From: Phycisphaerae bacterium
Lineage (GTDB): Bacteria; Planctomycetota; Phycisphaerae; UBA1845; Fen-1342
Assembly (NCBI GenBank): GCA_050115495.1
Contig: JASFQK010000029.1
Span: 24,368-88,367 of the forward strand
Reading direction: 5' to 3'
Length of the DNA: 64,000 nucleotides
The first letter of the stretch is position 1. Each line of letters starts with the position of its first letter. The notes below the pieces were generated by a model. That model saw only the letters and a list, made by a program, of their open reading frames with translations, was not told the origin of the DNA and did not search any database. The position numbers and the translations under genes are program-made. Of this stretch, positions 40,143 through 48,618 are shown piece by piece.

Positions 40143-41408
40143 TCACTCTCGATCTCCTGTTCCGCATTCCGTTGGTGCGTCGGGAAGATCGAAAGCGACC
40201 CCGATCGATGAAGGCATGACCGGGTACTCGATCCGGCAGCGATACACGTCGAATCGTTCAGCCTCCCAACCGGCACGTCCGAAGACGTGGCGGGCCATCT
40301 CGGCATAGCGGGGGACGTCCGGCGTGTGTAGCGCGGTGGGCCCTTTCCCTAAGTAGACAACAGAGTGATGGATCGGAAGGCGATGGCGCTTGTGAATCAG
40401 ACCGTCCCAGAGCATTTCACCGGCATGCTCCGCATGCACGAACATCGAAGGCTCAATCCGTCCATAGGTGTCCTCGTGCAGCAGCAGGTCGAGAATCGCG
40501 ACTTCGACAGGTGTGCGTACCGTAACCACGGTTGCGCCTATGCGATCGCACTCAGTGCGGTAGCGTTGCACGGCTCGCCGTGTGAGATGTCCCTCCATGC
40601 AGGTGACGGCCGCGCACTTGCCGACGTCACGGCTCCGAATCTCGCCGTTCACGAAACCGGCTTGAACCTGGACGCCACGCAGCTCCGGCAACGGCTTACT
40701 GCAGAAGTCCCGCAGCAACGCCACTCCGTGAGGTTCGCTCACGGGCTCCAACGGCTCGCGCTTGATCTCCACTACTGAGCCATCATCGCTCCGTACCCCC
40801 GAGTAAGAGATGATCAGCGGAGCGTTGCCGCGCAACTGGCGAAGTCCCACGAAACCCTCAACCCGAATGCCGTCCAGCATCATGGGGGCGTCGCTGGGCT
40901 GCATCGCTGCGAATTTCAGTTGCGTCTCGGCCTGGACGCCCAGGATGTGGCGCTGGGCGCGGAATGCCTGGCGCCGGTGGACCAGGTTGAGCTGCTCTGC
41001 AGTCTCGTCGGATCCGAGGGCACTGACCATTGAGTCGAACGTGGACCGATCGCCGGCGTGCCTAGCCACCATCTTCTCAAACTCGTCAGCCGCGTTGGAT
41101 GCGGCTTCGATAAGCCTCTCCGGCACCCCCTGTTTCGTCGCCGCCCGAAGGAACGAACGCAGATTCCCTCGACTGGGCACATGCGGGCCGACCGCCACAG
41201 GATCAGTAGCCCTGGCTACCTTGAAGACTTTCCAACTGAGCTTGCGGTCTATTCGCAGGGCTCGATGCAGATCGGCCCCCTTCCTGACGTCATCGGGAAG
41301 TGCTGCGATAACCTCGGACAGCTCGCTTCGCAGCCGGGTCAGCGTCCTGGCTGCATCTTCGTGGAAGGATCGGCCCGTCCGCTTCTCTGTTTCTTTCACT
41401 GAACCCAC
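40143..41408 (-). CDS. ~420-aa hypothetical protein, paralog 3, putative regulator
   Basis: GADLHRALRIDRKLSWKV; HAGDRSTFDSM; RFDVYRCRIEYP. Confidence 0.85.
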   Translation of the reverse strand: MGSVKETEKRTGRSFHEDAARTLTRLRSELSEVIAALPDDVRKGADLHRALRIDRKLSWKVFKVARATDPVAVGPHVPSRGNLRSFLRAATKQGVPERLIEAASNAADEFEKMVARHAGDRSTFDSMVSALGSDETAEQLNLVHRRQAFRAQRHILGVQAETQLKFAAMQPSDAPMMLDGIRVEGFVGLRQLRGNAPLIISYSGVRSDDGSVVEIKREPLEPVSEPHGVALLRDFCSKPLPELRGVQVQAGFVNGEIRSRDVGKCAAVTCMEGHLTRRAVQRYRTECDRIGATVVTVRTPVEVAILDLLLHEDTYGRIEPSMFVHAEHAGEMLWDGLIHKRHRLPIHHSVVYLGKGPTALHTPDVPRYAEMARHVFGRAGWEAERFDVYRCRIEYPVMPSSIGVAFDLPDAPTECGTGDRE

Positions 41409-41414
41409 GGCCCA

Positions 41415-41532
41415 AGCATAGCACCGAATGCGCCCCGCTTCAAGGGCCGGACGATGGCCTGGCTACAGAACCTGTAATGTTTCTAGAAACAATGCAAGAA
41501 GCATTGACTTGCACGTTTCAATCCACTATTCT
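41415..41532. promoter_or_regulatory. Divergent promoter pair with palindrome, module 3
   Basis: Minus TTGAAG-17-TATGCT; palindrome TGTTTCTAGAAACA 41478-41491; plus TTGACT-17-TATTCT. Confidence 0.65.
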
Positions 41533-41754
41533 GACCTTGTCGTCGGTCAAGAAGCCGACGCAGCAGGTCTGTTTACCGTGAGGGCCCCGCGCGGGCGAAC
41601 GGCAGCCGATTATTGGGAGACCGAGACGGCGATGCGGGGGGGGTGTAATGGTTTGGTTCCTGAATCGGAGGGGCCCCAGCGGTGGGGCTCTGTGGAGACG
41701 ATGGTCGGTGCGCAGCGGGTGCACTGCCTGAAGCCAAGGGACAGGAAAGAGGAG

Positions 41755-42786
41755 ATGAGCATGTTGAAGAGGATTGGCAGTCTAATGGCGGTGGTCGCGG
41801 TCTTCGCCTGCGCGGTCACCGCGTCGGCGGAGGTGGTGATTGACACCGTCACCATTGGAAACCCAGGCAACGCGGGTGAACTGTCCGGCGGCCCGGCTGG
41901 CGACCCCTTCGCGCGTATCACCGGCGCGGTTGATTACGTGTACGACGTCAGCAAATACGAGGTGACGGCCGGGCAGTACACAGAATTCCTCAATGCCGTG
42001 GCCGCTACGGACACGTATGCGCTCTACGACACGAAAATGATTGAGTGGGATGAGGGCTGCAAGATCCAGCGCAGCGGCACGTCGGGGAGCTATGCGTACA
42101 GCGTGGCCGGTGAGTGGGCCAACTACCCGGTGAACTTCGTGTCGTATGGCGATTCGGCGCGTTTCGCGAACTGGCTGCACAACGGCCAGCCGACGGGCGC
42201 GCAGGACCTGAGCACGACGGAGGATGGGGCCTACTACCTGAACGGGGCGATGTCCGATGCGGAGCTTGTGGTCGTCAACCGCGAGTCGGACTGGAGGTGG
42301 GCGATCACCACCGAGGACGAGTGGTACAAGGCGGCGTACCACAAGAACGACGGCGTAACCGGCAACTATTTCGACTATCCCACGAGCAGCGACGACGTTC
42401 CGAGTAACGATCTTGTAGACCCGGACCCGGGCAACAACGCCAACTTCCGCGCCTCGGGCTTCGATTTCACCGTCGGTCCCCCGAACTATCGCACGGAGGT
42501 CGGCGAGTTCGAAAACTCGTCTAGCCCCTATGGGACGTTCGACCAGGGCGGCAACATGTTTGAGTGGACTGAGTCTCTCTGGAGCGACGGGGTTGACGAC
42601 TATCGCGGCATACGGGGCGGCTCATGGTTCTGGGGAGAATTTGAAATGCGAGCGATGAACAGCCGTTTCCTCGCCCAGCAGAGCGGCGGGAGCTACATGA
42701 TCGGGATCCGTCTCTCCACGATTCCTGAGCCCGCCTCATTCTTGATGCTGTGCGTTGCCGGCCTCATCGCCTCGCGCAGGCGATAG
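41755..42786 (+). CDS. FGE-sulfatase/SUMF1-fold PEP-CTERM protein, paralog of 38708
   Basis: Shared EDEWYKAAYHKNDGVTGNY; RGGSW; IPEP-TM-RRR; GAGGAG RBS. Confidence 0.92.
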   Translation: MSMLKRIGSLMAVVAVFACAVTASAEVVIDTVTIGNPGNAGELSGGPAGDPFARITGAVDYVYDVSKYEVTAGQYTEFLNAVAATDTYALYDTKMIEWDEGCKIQRSGTSGSYAYSVAGEWANYPVNFVSYGDSARFANWLHNGQPTGAQDLSTTEDGAYYLNGAMSDAELVVVNRESDWRWAITTEDEWYKAAYHKNDGVTGNYFDYPTSSDDVPSNDLVDPDPGNNANFRASGFDFTVGPPNYRTEVGEFENSSSPYGTFDQGGNMFEWTESLWSDGVDDYRGIRGGSWFWGEFEMRAMNSRFLAQQSGGSYMIGIRLSTIPEPASFLMLCVAGLIASRRR

Positions 42787-42918
42787 CACCGGACTCCTTC
42801 TCTTGCAGGCATCTCAGCACCGGTCCCGCACGGGGCGGACGCACCACTTGCACCGCCCCTCGGGACCGTGGTTTGCGCGGCGACACAGCCCCCATCTCTG
42901 CTCAGACACGTTGCAGAC
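42782..42918 (+). repeat. Conserved 3' non-coding repeat with stem-loop, copy 2
   Basis: Matches 39717-39855. Confidence 0.85.
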
Positions 42919-43136
42919 GAACCCGACGTGCGCCAGCGCGTTGGCATGCTCGGCCCCAGACGTGATTCCGAGTCTCGCAGGACGAACCTCTGCCCGGGGT
43001 ACGGCGAAGCCACCCAGCAAGCAAACCAACCGGCACAGTGGGCCGACCCGGGTACAGCCACGCCCAGACCCCGCCAGCCCGACATCGCCCGCCCCCAGCA
43101 CCGACCTGGGTTTTATCAACCAATTCGCGCCACCCC

Positions 43137-43182
43137 TTGACATATGCTTGTATTATCGAGTATATGATTGATATATAAAACA
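43137..43182 (+). promoter_or_regulatory. AT-rich hemP promoter region with imperfect palindrome
   Basis: TTGACA at 43137; CATATGCTTG-N6-CGAGTATATG at 43141-43166. Confidence 0.55.
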
Positions 43183-43247
43183 TCCGCCGGAGTCAGCCCG
43201 CTGATCAGTGTGTCGGGCGGCGGCGGACGTGATTCGTGGGGTAACCG

Positions 43248-43445
43248 ATGACTCGGGACAACGAGCGTGAGGAGAGCGACCGCCGGGCCGAGCCCGCGAC
43301 GGCCGCAGATGCCGAGCCCGTCGAGCCGGCCGTCCTCGATTCCCGCCTGCTCATGCGCGGCCGCACCGAAGTGCAGATCCGCCATGGCAGCAAGCTGTAC
43401 CGACTGCGGGTCACGAGCAATGGGAAGCTGATCTTGAACCGCTGA
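43248..43445 (+). CDS. hemP: Hemin uptake protein HemP/HmuP
   Basis: LDSRLLMRGRTEVQIRHGSKLYRLRVTSNGKLILNR. Confidence 0.92.
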   Translation: MTRDNEREESDRRAEPATAADAEPVEPAVLDSRLLMRGRTEVQIRHGSKLYRLRVTSNGKLILNR

Positions 43446-43566
43446 CGAACGCACATACCGCCCGCGCGCCCATAGCCAGCCGAAAGCCAGCCAGGGAGCC
43501 GCCGAGAACGAGATCCGCTCGGCGCTCCCTCTCTTTCTGGGCCGACGGCGTGGTTGGAACAGGGCT

Positions 43567-43588
43567 GTAGGGCGGGCTCGGCCCGCCG
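43567..43588 (+). repeat. GTAG-type REP element
   Basis: GTAG + GGCGGGC-TCG-GCCCGCC; identical copy at 63798-63819. Confidence 0.8.
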
Positions 43589-43626
43589 TTGTAACGCATG
43601 GGTCCTTTCAGAAAGGTGCATACAGA

Positions 43627-44247
43627 ATGAGAAAGATGGCGAGCACACTGGCACTAGCGGCGACGCTGCTGGCCGCCGCAACAACGACCGCCGAGATCAT
43701 CGACGGCGTCAACTGGGCCGACGAGGCCGTCGCGTACAGCGCGAACATCCAGAACTACAGCGGCGTCCTGATGGACGAAACGACCGAGTGGTGGCCGACC
43801 GGCCCGGCCGACGCCGACGTGGACGGCAACGGCTACGCCTGGGACGCTGTCGATCAGGACACCGTCGCCGGCTGGCGAAGTGTTGCCCCTGGCGAGTACA
43901 TCACGCTGTATTGGGAGACCGGCATCCCCGACCTGCCCGGCGACGACCTGGCCATCACCCTCTACGGCGGCCCGTCAGCGGAGGCTGATGTCCTAGTCAG
44001 CGTCGACGGCGACGTTTTCACATCCATCGGCACAATCGGCACCGGCACACCCGGCTACTTCCGCGATGAGGGCTTCGACTTCGGCGGCTTGCTCACCGGC
44101 GACGTGCATTACGCCAAGGTCCTGCGCACCGCCAGCGGCCCGCAAACCGGCATGTTCTTCGACGCCTTCGCCGGCGTCGTGCCCGAACCCGGCAGCCTGA
44201 CCCTGCTGATCCTCGCGACGTTCGCCCTCGCTCGGCGGCGTTGCTAA
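43627..44247 (+). CDS. PEP-CTERM protein
   Basis: Signal peptide; [22 protein letters not shown]. Confidence 0.9.
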   Translation: MRKMASTLALAATLLAAATTTAEIIDGVNWADEAVAYSANIQNYSGVLMDETTEWWPTGPADADVDGNGYAWDAVDQDTVAGWRSVAPGEYITLYWETGIPDLPGDDLAITLYGGPSAEADVLVSVDGDVFTSIGTIGTGTPGYFRDEGFDFGGLLTGDVHYAKVLRTASGPQTGMFFDAFAGVVPEPGSLTLLILATFALARRRC

Positions 44248-44275
44248 ACGACTCTCAACTCCACTTTGCGGCAGC

Positions 44276-44307
44276 GGTCGGGGGGCGTGCATAGCGCCCC
44301 CCGGCCG
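44276..44307 (+). terminator. GC stem-loop after PEP-CTERM gene (no U tract)
   Basis: CGGTCGGGGGGCG-loop-CGCCCCCGGCCG. Confidence 0.45.
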
Positions 44308-44338
44308 TCCCGATCTTCGCCTTCACGGAGGATCCCGC

Positions 44339-45163
44339 GTGCCCCGGCGCGCCTTCACACTCATTGAGCTGCTCGTCGTCATCGCCATTCTCGCGATGTT
44401 GCTGACGATCCTGCTGCCGTCGCTTCAGCAGGCTCGGGAAACCGCCAAGGACACGCTGTGCCTTACCCACATGAAGGAGCTCGGCGTGGCCATGCACCTG
44501 TACGCGGGCGATGCGCGGGACACGCTGCCGTCCTCCGAAACGTGGGTGGACCACGCCACGGCCATCCTCCACTACGACCAGCCCGCTGACGCGATGACGC
44601 GTACCCGCTCGACGATGCCCAAGATTCTGTTCTGCCCGCTCGACCCGGACCCGTACCCCAAGCCCTACATGACCGGCCGAATGGAAGTAACCTCGTATCT
44701 GGTGAACGGGGCCGAGACCGACTTCGCCATGGGTACCGGCCGCCGCATCGCCGTCGGGCTTTTCGGGGGTGCCTGCCGCATGGACACGGTGTTCTCGACG
44801 TCAGGCTGCCTGATGCTGGGCGAGACGACCAACTACGGGAAGGTCGTGGACGTCGATCACCCGGCGGCCGTGGCCGCGTTTGAGGCGGTCGGCGCCAGCA
44901 CGGCAGACGCCCGCACGCGATTCCACCACCGGGCAACGAGCAGTTTCGGCCACCGGGGCAAGATGATGGTCTGCTTCGTCGACGGCCATGCCGGCGGCGT
45001 GCGCGGCCAACCTGTCCCGTCGCTGCCTCCCGCGCTCTGGCCCGGCGGCGCACTGATGACCGACGCGTTCACGTTCTTCCCAAACCTGTCCTTGCCTACG
45101 GCGATCGAATCACCGCTTCTCTGGGGCCCGCCCTACAGCGACGGAGAGTGGGTCCATGAATAG
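44339..45163 (+). CDS. Prepilin-type N-methylation protein, DUF1559-like
   Basis: [19 protein letters not shown]9-DG ([13 protein letters not shown]). Confidence 0.9.
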   Translation: MPRRAFTLIELLVVIAILAMLLTILLPSLQQARETAKDTLCLTHMKELGVAMHLYAGDARDTLPSSETWVDHATAILHYDQPADAMTRTRSTMPKILFCPLDPDPYPKPYMTGRMEVTSYLVNGAETDFAMGTGRRIAVGLFGGACRMDTVFSTSGCLMLGETTNYGKVVDVDHPAAVAAFEAVGASTADARTRFHHRATSSFGHRGKMMVCFVDGHAGGVRGQPVPSLPPALWPGGALMTDAFTFFPNLSLPTAIESPLLWGPPYSDGEWVHE

Positions 45164-45776
45164 CTGCGAGACGAGGCGATGCTGGCTCTTGCTGGCCGCG
45201 CCCGGCAGTGTGGCCGCCGTGACCGCCCTCCTCTGCGCAGCCCTGGCGAACTGCGTCGGCTGGAGACCCGACTGGCTGCTTGCCGTCGTGGGACTGTGCG
45301 CCGGCCTCTGCGCGGCGGCGCTGCCCCTAGCTACCACGCGGTCGCGAATCGGCTCCGGATGGGTCGGCGCAGGCATCGGTCTCGCGCTACTCAACGCTCT
45401 CACCGGACAAGGCACGTGGCAGGCGCAAACGCAAGTCCCCGACGGAGAGTTGGATGAGCTCTGCGTGCGAATCGTGGCACTGCGCACGTGTCACACGCAG
45501 GAGATCATGGGCGTCTTCGACTTCGCCGACGTACCGCCAGCCATCTGTGAGCAAGCCCGGCGAGAGGTCGCGCAGATGCTCCACCCGCAGAAGCTCGCGC
45601 TCGTCGATCAGACCTTCGCCAGCCGCATCAATGAGGCGTCTGCGGCACAGTCCGCGGGCCTCGTGACCGTCTGTCAGAGCGGCCTGCACTATCTGTTGGC
45701 GTTCGTCGCGGCCGCCATCCCGGCGGCGCTGCGACAACGTGGTCTCAACCCGTCAGAGGGCCATCGAAGGAGGTGA
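45156..45776 (+). CDS. Membrane hypothetical protein
   Basis: Several hydrophobic segments; overlaps upstream stop. Confidence 0.65.
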   Translation: MNSCETRRCWLLLAAPGSVAAVTALLCAALANCVGWRPDWLLAVVGLCAGLCAAALPLATTRSRIGSGWVGAGIGLALLNALTGQGTWQAQTQVPDGELDELCVRIVALRTCHTQEIMGVFDFADVPPAICEQARREVAQMLHPQKLALVDQTFASRINEASAAQSAGLVTVCQSGLHYLLAFVAAAIPAALRQRGLNPSEGHRRR

Positions 45777-45911
45777 GAACGAAATAACGTCGACTGTCTG
45801 AATCGGTTCGTAGTGTTCTCGCGCCAGCCATCCTGCCGGCAGCCGGCGGACAGCCAGCTTCAACATAACCGGCCCGCCCCCACTGGGCCGAAACACAGTA
45901 AGGAGTAGTGA

Positions 45912-46637
45912 ATGCACAGTCTGCACGTCCTGTACCGCAGGACCCTCGCTATGGTTGTCGCCGTCGGTGTCTGCCTCGCATTCGCCGGTACCGCCACCGC
46001 CGACACCACCGTGAACTGCACGTATGACGGTTACGTCGCCATGGGCGGCATGGTCTTCAACACGACGAACAGCTACCTGCTGCCCGGCTCTCCGGACTGG
46101 GAACCTCAGGGGAGCATGGAGACATTCTGCTATGCCTTCATGAGCTTCGACGAAGCCGCCCTGCCGGAGACAACCGTGCAGTCGGCGACGCTCGCGCTGA
46201 ACGTCATCTGTCTCCAGGACGGCATGACCTACCCCGTCACGGACCCGGCGGCTGTCGGCGACGTGGGCGCCTTCGCTGTCACCGCAGACGTCATGGGCAT
46301 CACTGGCTCGACGGCCGGAGCGTTCCGCGAGCACATCGCCGACGTCCCCGCCTCGCTCGCCGAACTGACCAGCCCGGGCGGCGACGGCTTCTTCGCCGAC
46401 GGCACACTCGTCGAGCTGGACGTCACCAGCCTCGTCAATGAGTGGATCACGTCGGGCGACAACTATGGCTTGGTCCTGGCGTGTGACGACGGATACATGC
46501 TGCGGCTGCACTCGAACGACACGACCACCGGCGCCGCGCCGGTGATCTCCCTCGTCGTTCCCGAACCCGGTTCCCTGAGCATGCTGGCTTGGGCGGCGTT
46601 CGGGCTGCTGTGGCACCGAGGCCGACGGGCGGTCTAG
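45912..46637 (+). CDS. PEP-CTERM protein, DNRLRE-like domain
   Basis: SATLALN, LDVTSLVNEW, NYGLVL; VPEP-TM-basic tail; AAGGAG RBS. Confidence 0.85.
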   Translation: MHSLHVLYRRTLAMVVAVGVCLAFAGTATADTTVNCTYDGYVAMGGMVFNTTNSYLLPGSPDWEPQGSMETFCYAFMSFDEAALPETTVQSATLALNVICLQDGMTYPVTDPAAVGDVGAFAVTADVMGITGSTAGAFREHIADVPASLAELTSPGGDGFFADGTLVELDVTSLVNEWITSGDNYGLVLACDDGYMLRLHSNDTTTGAAPVISLVVPEPGSLSMLAWAAFGLLWHRGRRAV

Positions 46638-46655
46638 CGGCGCCGCCGCGTGATT

Positions 46656-46696
46656 CGAGCCGCGCCCGCCCGGCCCGCGCCGGGCGGGCGTGCTCG
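46656..46696 (+). terminator. Strong GC stem-loop after PEP-CTERM gene (no U tract)
   Basis: CGCCCGCCCGGC-CCGC-GCCGGGCGGGCG. Confidence 0.5.
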
Positions 46697-46749
46697 GGCC
46701 CGTCTTGTGCGAACGAAAGGTCTGAAACTCCCAACAAGGTCAACGCGAC

Positions 46750-47712
46750 ATGAAACGTCTGGACTCTGCCTTTCTTGCTCTCATTCTCGTCGCCGTCTCG
46801 CTAAGTCTCGGCGGCTGTAGCCGGACCGCACCGTTTCGTCCGGCGGATAACGTGCGTCTCGCTTCCGAGACCCAGCCCGCGGCCGACGCCCGGCCCGGAC
46901 TGCTACTGGTTGCCCACGGTGCACCCTGGGCCGAATGGAACAAGCCTCTGCTGGACCTGGAACAGCAGGTCCGGCAGGAGTTGGGAACCGACGGCCCCTT
47001 CCAGGCCATGAAGCTCGTCTTCATGGAATTCACCGAGCCAACCGTGCTCGACGGCGTGCAGGCATTGGAGGCGGCCGGCTGCGATCGCATCGTGGCCGTG
47101 CCGCTGCTCATCGCCCCGTCCACGCACTCTCACCAGGACGTCCCTTCGCTGCTGGGCCTGTACACCGACGCACGCGTACGGGCGGCGCTGCACGCCGAAG
47201 GTGCCACCCCCGCCAGCAGCAAGCTGCCCATCACGGTTACGCCGACCATGGACTACGGCGAGTTGCTCGAAAGCGTGCTCCTGCGGCGTGTTCAGGAGCT
47301 TTCCCAAGATCCGGCGAATGAAGCCGTCGTGGTCCTGGCCCACGGCGACGAGCAGTTCGAGCCCATCTGGGGCAATCGTATGCGCAAGCTCGTCACCTAC
47401 CTCTGCGGCAAGACGGGTATCTCCTACGGCGATTACGCCTTCGTGCACGTCGGACAGGGCTATGGCCTGAACGGCGTGCCCGTGATCGCCGCCGCCGCGG
47501 GCAATCGGCCGCGTGTGCTCGTCGTCGGCTGCTACCTCGCCATGGGCACCATCGGCATGCACCACCGGTACATGCATACCGCCGCCGCCGGCAACATCCC
47601 CATGCCGAACCCCCTCGTGGGCAAGGACATTGCCGTCGCCCGGCACGGTCTGCTGCCCGATCCCGAGGTGGCCAGGTGGGTCATCGCCACCGCGAAGCAG
47701 GCGCTGCCATGA
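46750..47712 (+). CDS. CbiX/SirB-like class II chelatase, predicted lipoprotein
   Basis: Lipobox LGGC; LLVAHG, FMEFTEP, VPLLIAPSTH, second VLAHG. Confidence 0.85.
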   Translation: MKRLDSAFLALILVAVSLSLGGCSRTAPFRPADNVRLASETQPAADARPGLLLVAHGAPWAEWNKPLLDLEQQVRQELGTDGPFQAMKLVFMEFTEPTVLDGVQALEAAGCDRIVAVPLLIAPSTHSHQDVPSLLGLYTDARVRAALHAEGATPASSKLPITVTPTMDYGELLESVLLRRVQELSQDPANEAVVVLAHGDEQFEPIWGNRMRKLVTYLCGKTGISYGDYAFVHVGQGYGLNGVPVIAAAAGNRPRVLVVGCYLAMGTIGMHHRYMHTAAAGNIPMPNPLVGKDIAVARHGLLPDPEVARWVIATAKQALP

Positions 47713-47770
47713 CCATCGACGGCAGCCTGAGTCCTTCACCGCTGCAACCCGTCAGAACGGGAGGACCCGC

Positions 47771-48478
47771 TTGAGAAGACACGCCTTCACACTCATCGAA
47801 CTGCTCGTCGTCGTCGCCATTCTGGCCATGCTCGTCAGCATCCTTTTGCCGACGATGTCGGCGGCGCGCGAGACCGGCCGCCAGTCCGCCTGCCTGGCGA
47901 ACCTGCGCAGCATCGCCCTCGGCGTGCAGCTCTACACGCAGCAGAGCAACGACTGGCTGCCCGCCGCCGAGCCGCCGCTGCGCGAATTCCCGGACGAACG
48001 ACATTGGTTCATGAACGCAGATTTGATGCGGCAATTGGTCGTCGACGTCCGCATAAACGAGGATGGCGAACCAATCGGACCACCGAAGGCGCGTTCGATT
48101 CTGACCTGTCCCAGCCACGTCGCGCCGGATCGCTGGCGTGATGAGACGCCGCTGGCCTATAGCCTCAGCTTCGCGGCAAACGGAACGTGGGGCATGGGCG
48201 GCCGGCCGGACCACCTCGAGCAGCGTCGCCTGATCGAGTTCGACCGCACCGCCGAAGTGTTGGCGTTTTCCGACGCCTGCGGCACAGCCCTCGCCCCGGG
48301 GATCGTCCTCTACCAGGGCTGCCCCCGGGACAACTTCGCCTTTCGCCACGCCGACCGAACGGATGCGGCGTTTCTCGACGGCCACGCCGCGCCGGTGAGA
48401 CAGGGAGACATCCCCTTTGGCATGAACCGTCGCTATGAAAGCTTCTGGAGTGCCCGTCCCCCACCGTCGGCTGAGTGA
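47771..48478 (+). CDS. Prepilin-type N-methylation protein, DUF1559-like
   Basis: GGAGG RBS, TTG start, [30 protein letters not shown]. Confidence 0.9.
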   Translation: MRRHAFTLIELLVVVAILAMLVSILLPTMSAARETGRQSACLANLRSIALGVQLYTQQSNDWLPAAEPPLREFPDERHWFMNADLMRQLVVDVRINEDGEPIGPPKARSILTCPSHVAPDRWRDETPLAYSLSFAANGTWGMGGRPDHLEQRRLIEFDRTAEVLAFSDACGTALAPGIVLYQGCPRDNFAFRHADRTDAAFLDGHAAPVRQGDIPFGMNRRYESFWSARPPPSAE

Positions 48479-48618
48479 GCCGGCCCGCCCGAAGAGGGCG
48501 TTACGGTCGCGCCCGCCCCCGGGAGCGAATCATTCGGTATCCCGGGGGCAGGCCAACGACCGGGGGGCGATCACGCATTGCACGTGTCTACCCCTGCCCG
48601 TTGCGTCGCGAAGAAATG

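Noticed and set aside
38708..42918. Complete diversity-generating retroelement
   Set aside because: No reverse transcriptase or template repeat in the window; differences are not adenine-specific
43446..43626. Cobalamin riboswitch upstream of the chelatase operon
   Set aside because: No recognisable B12-box; a covariance model search would be needed
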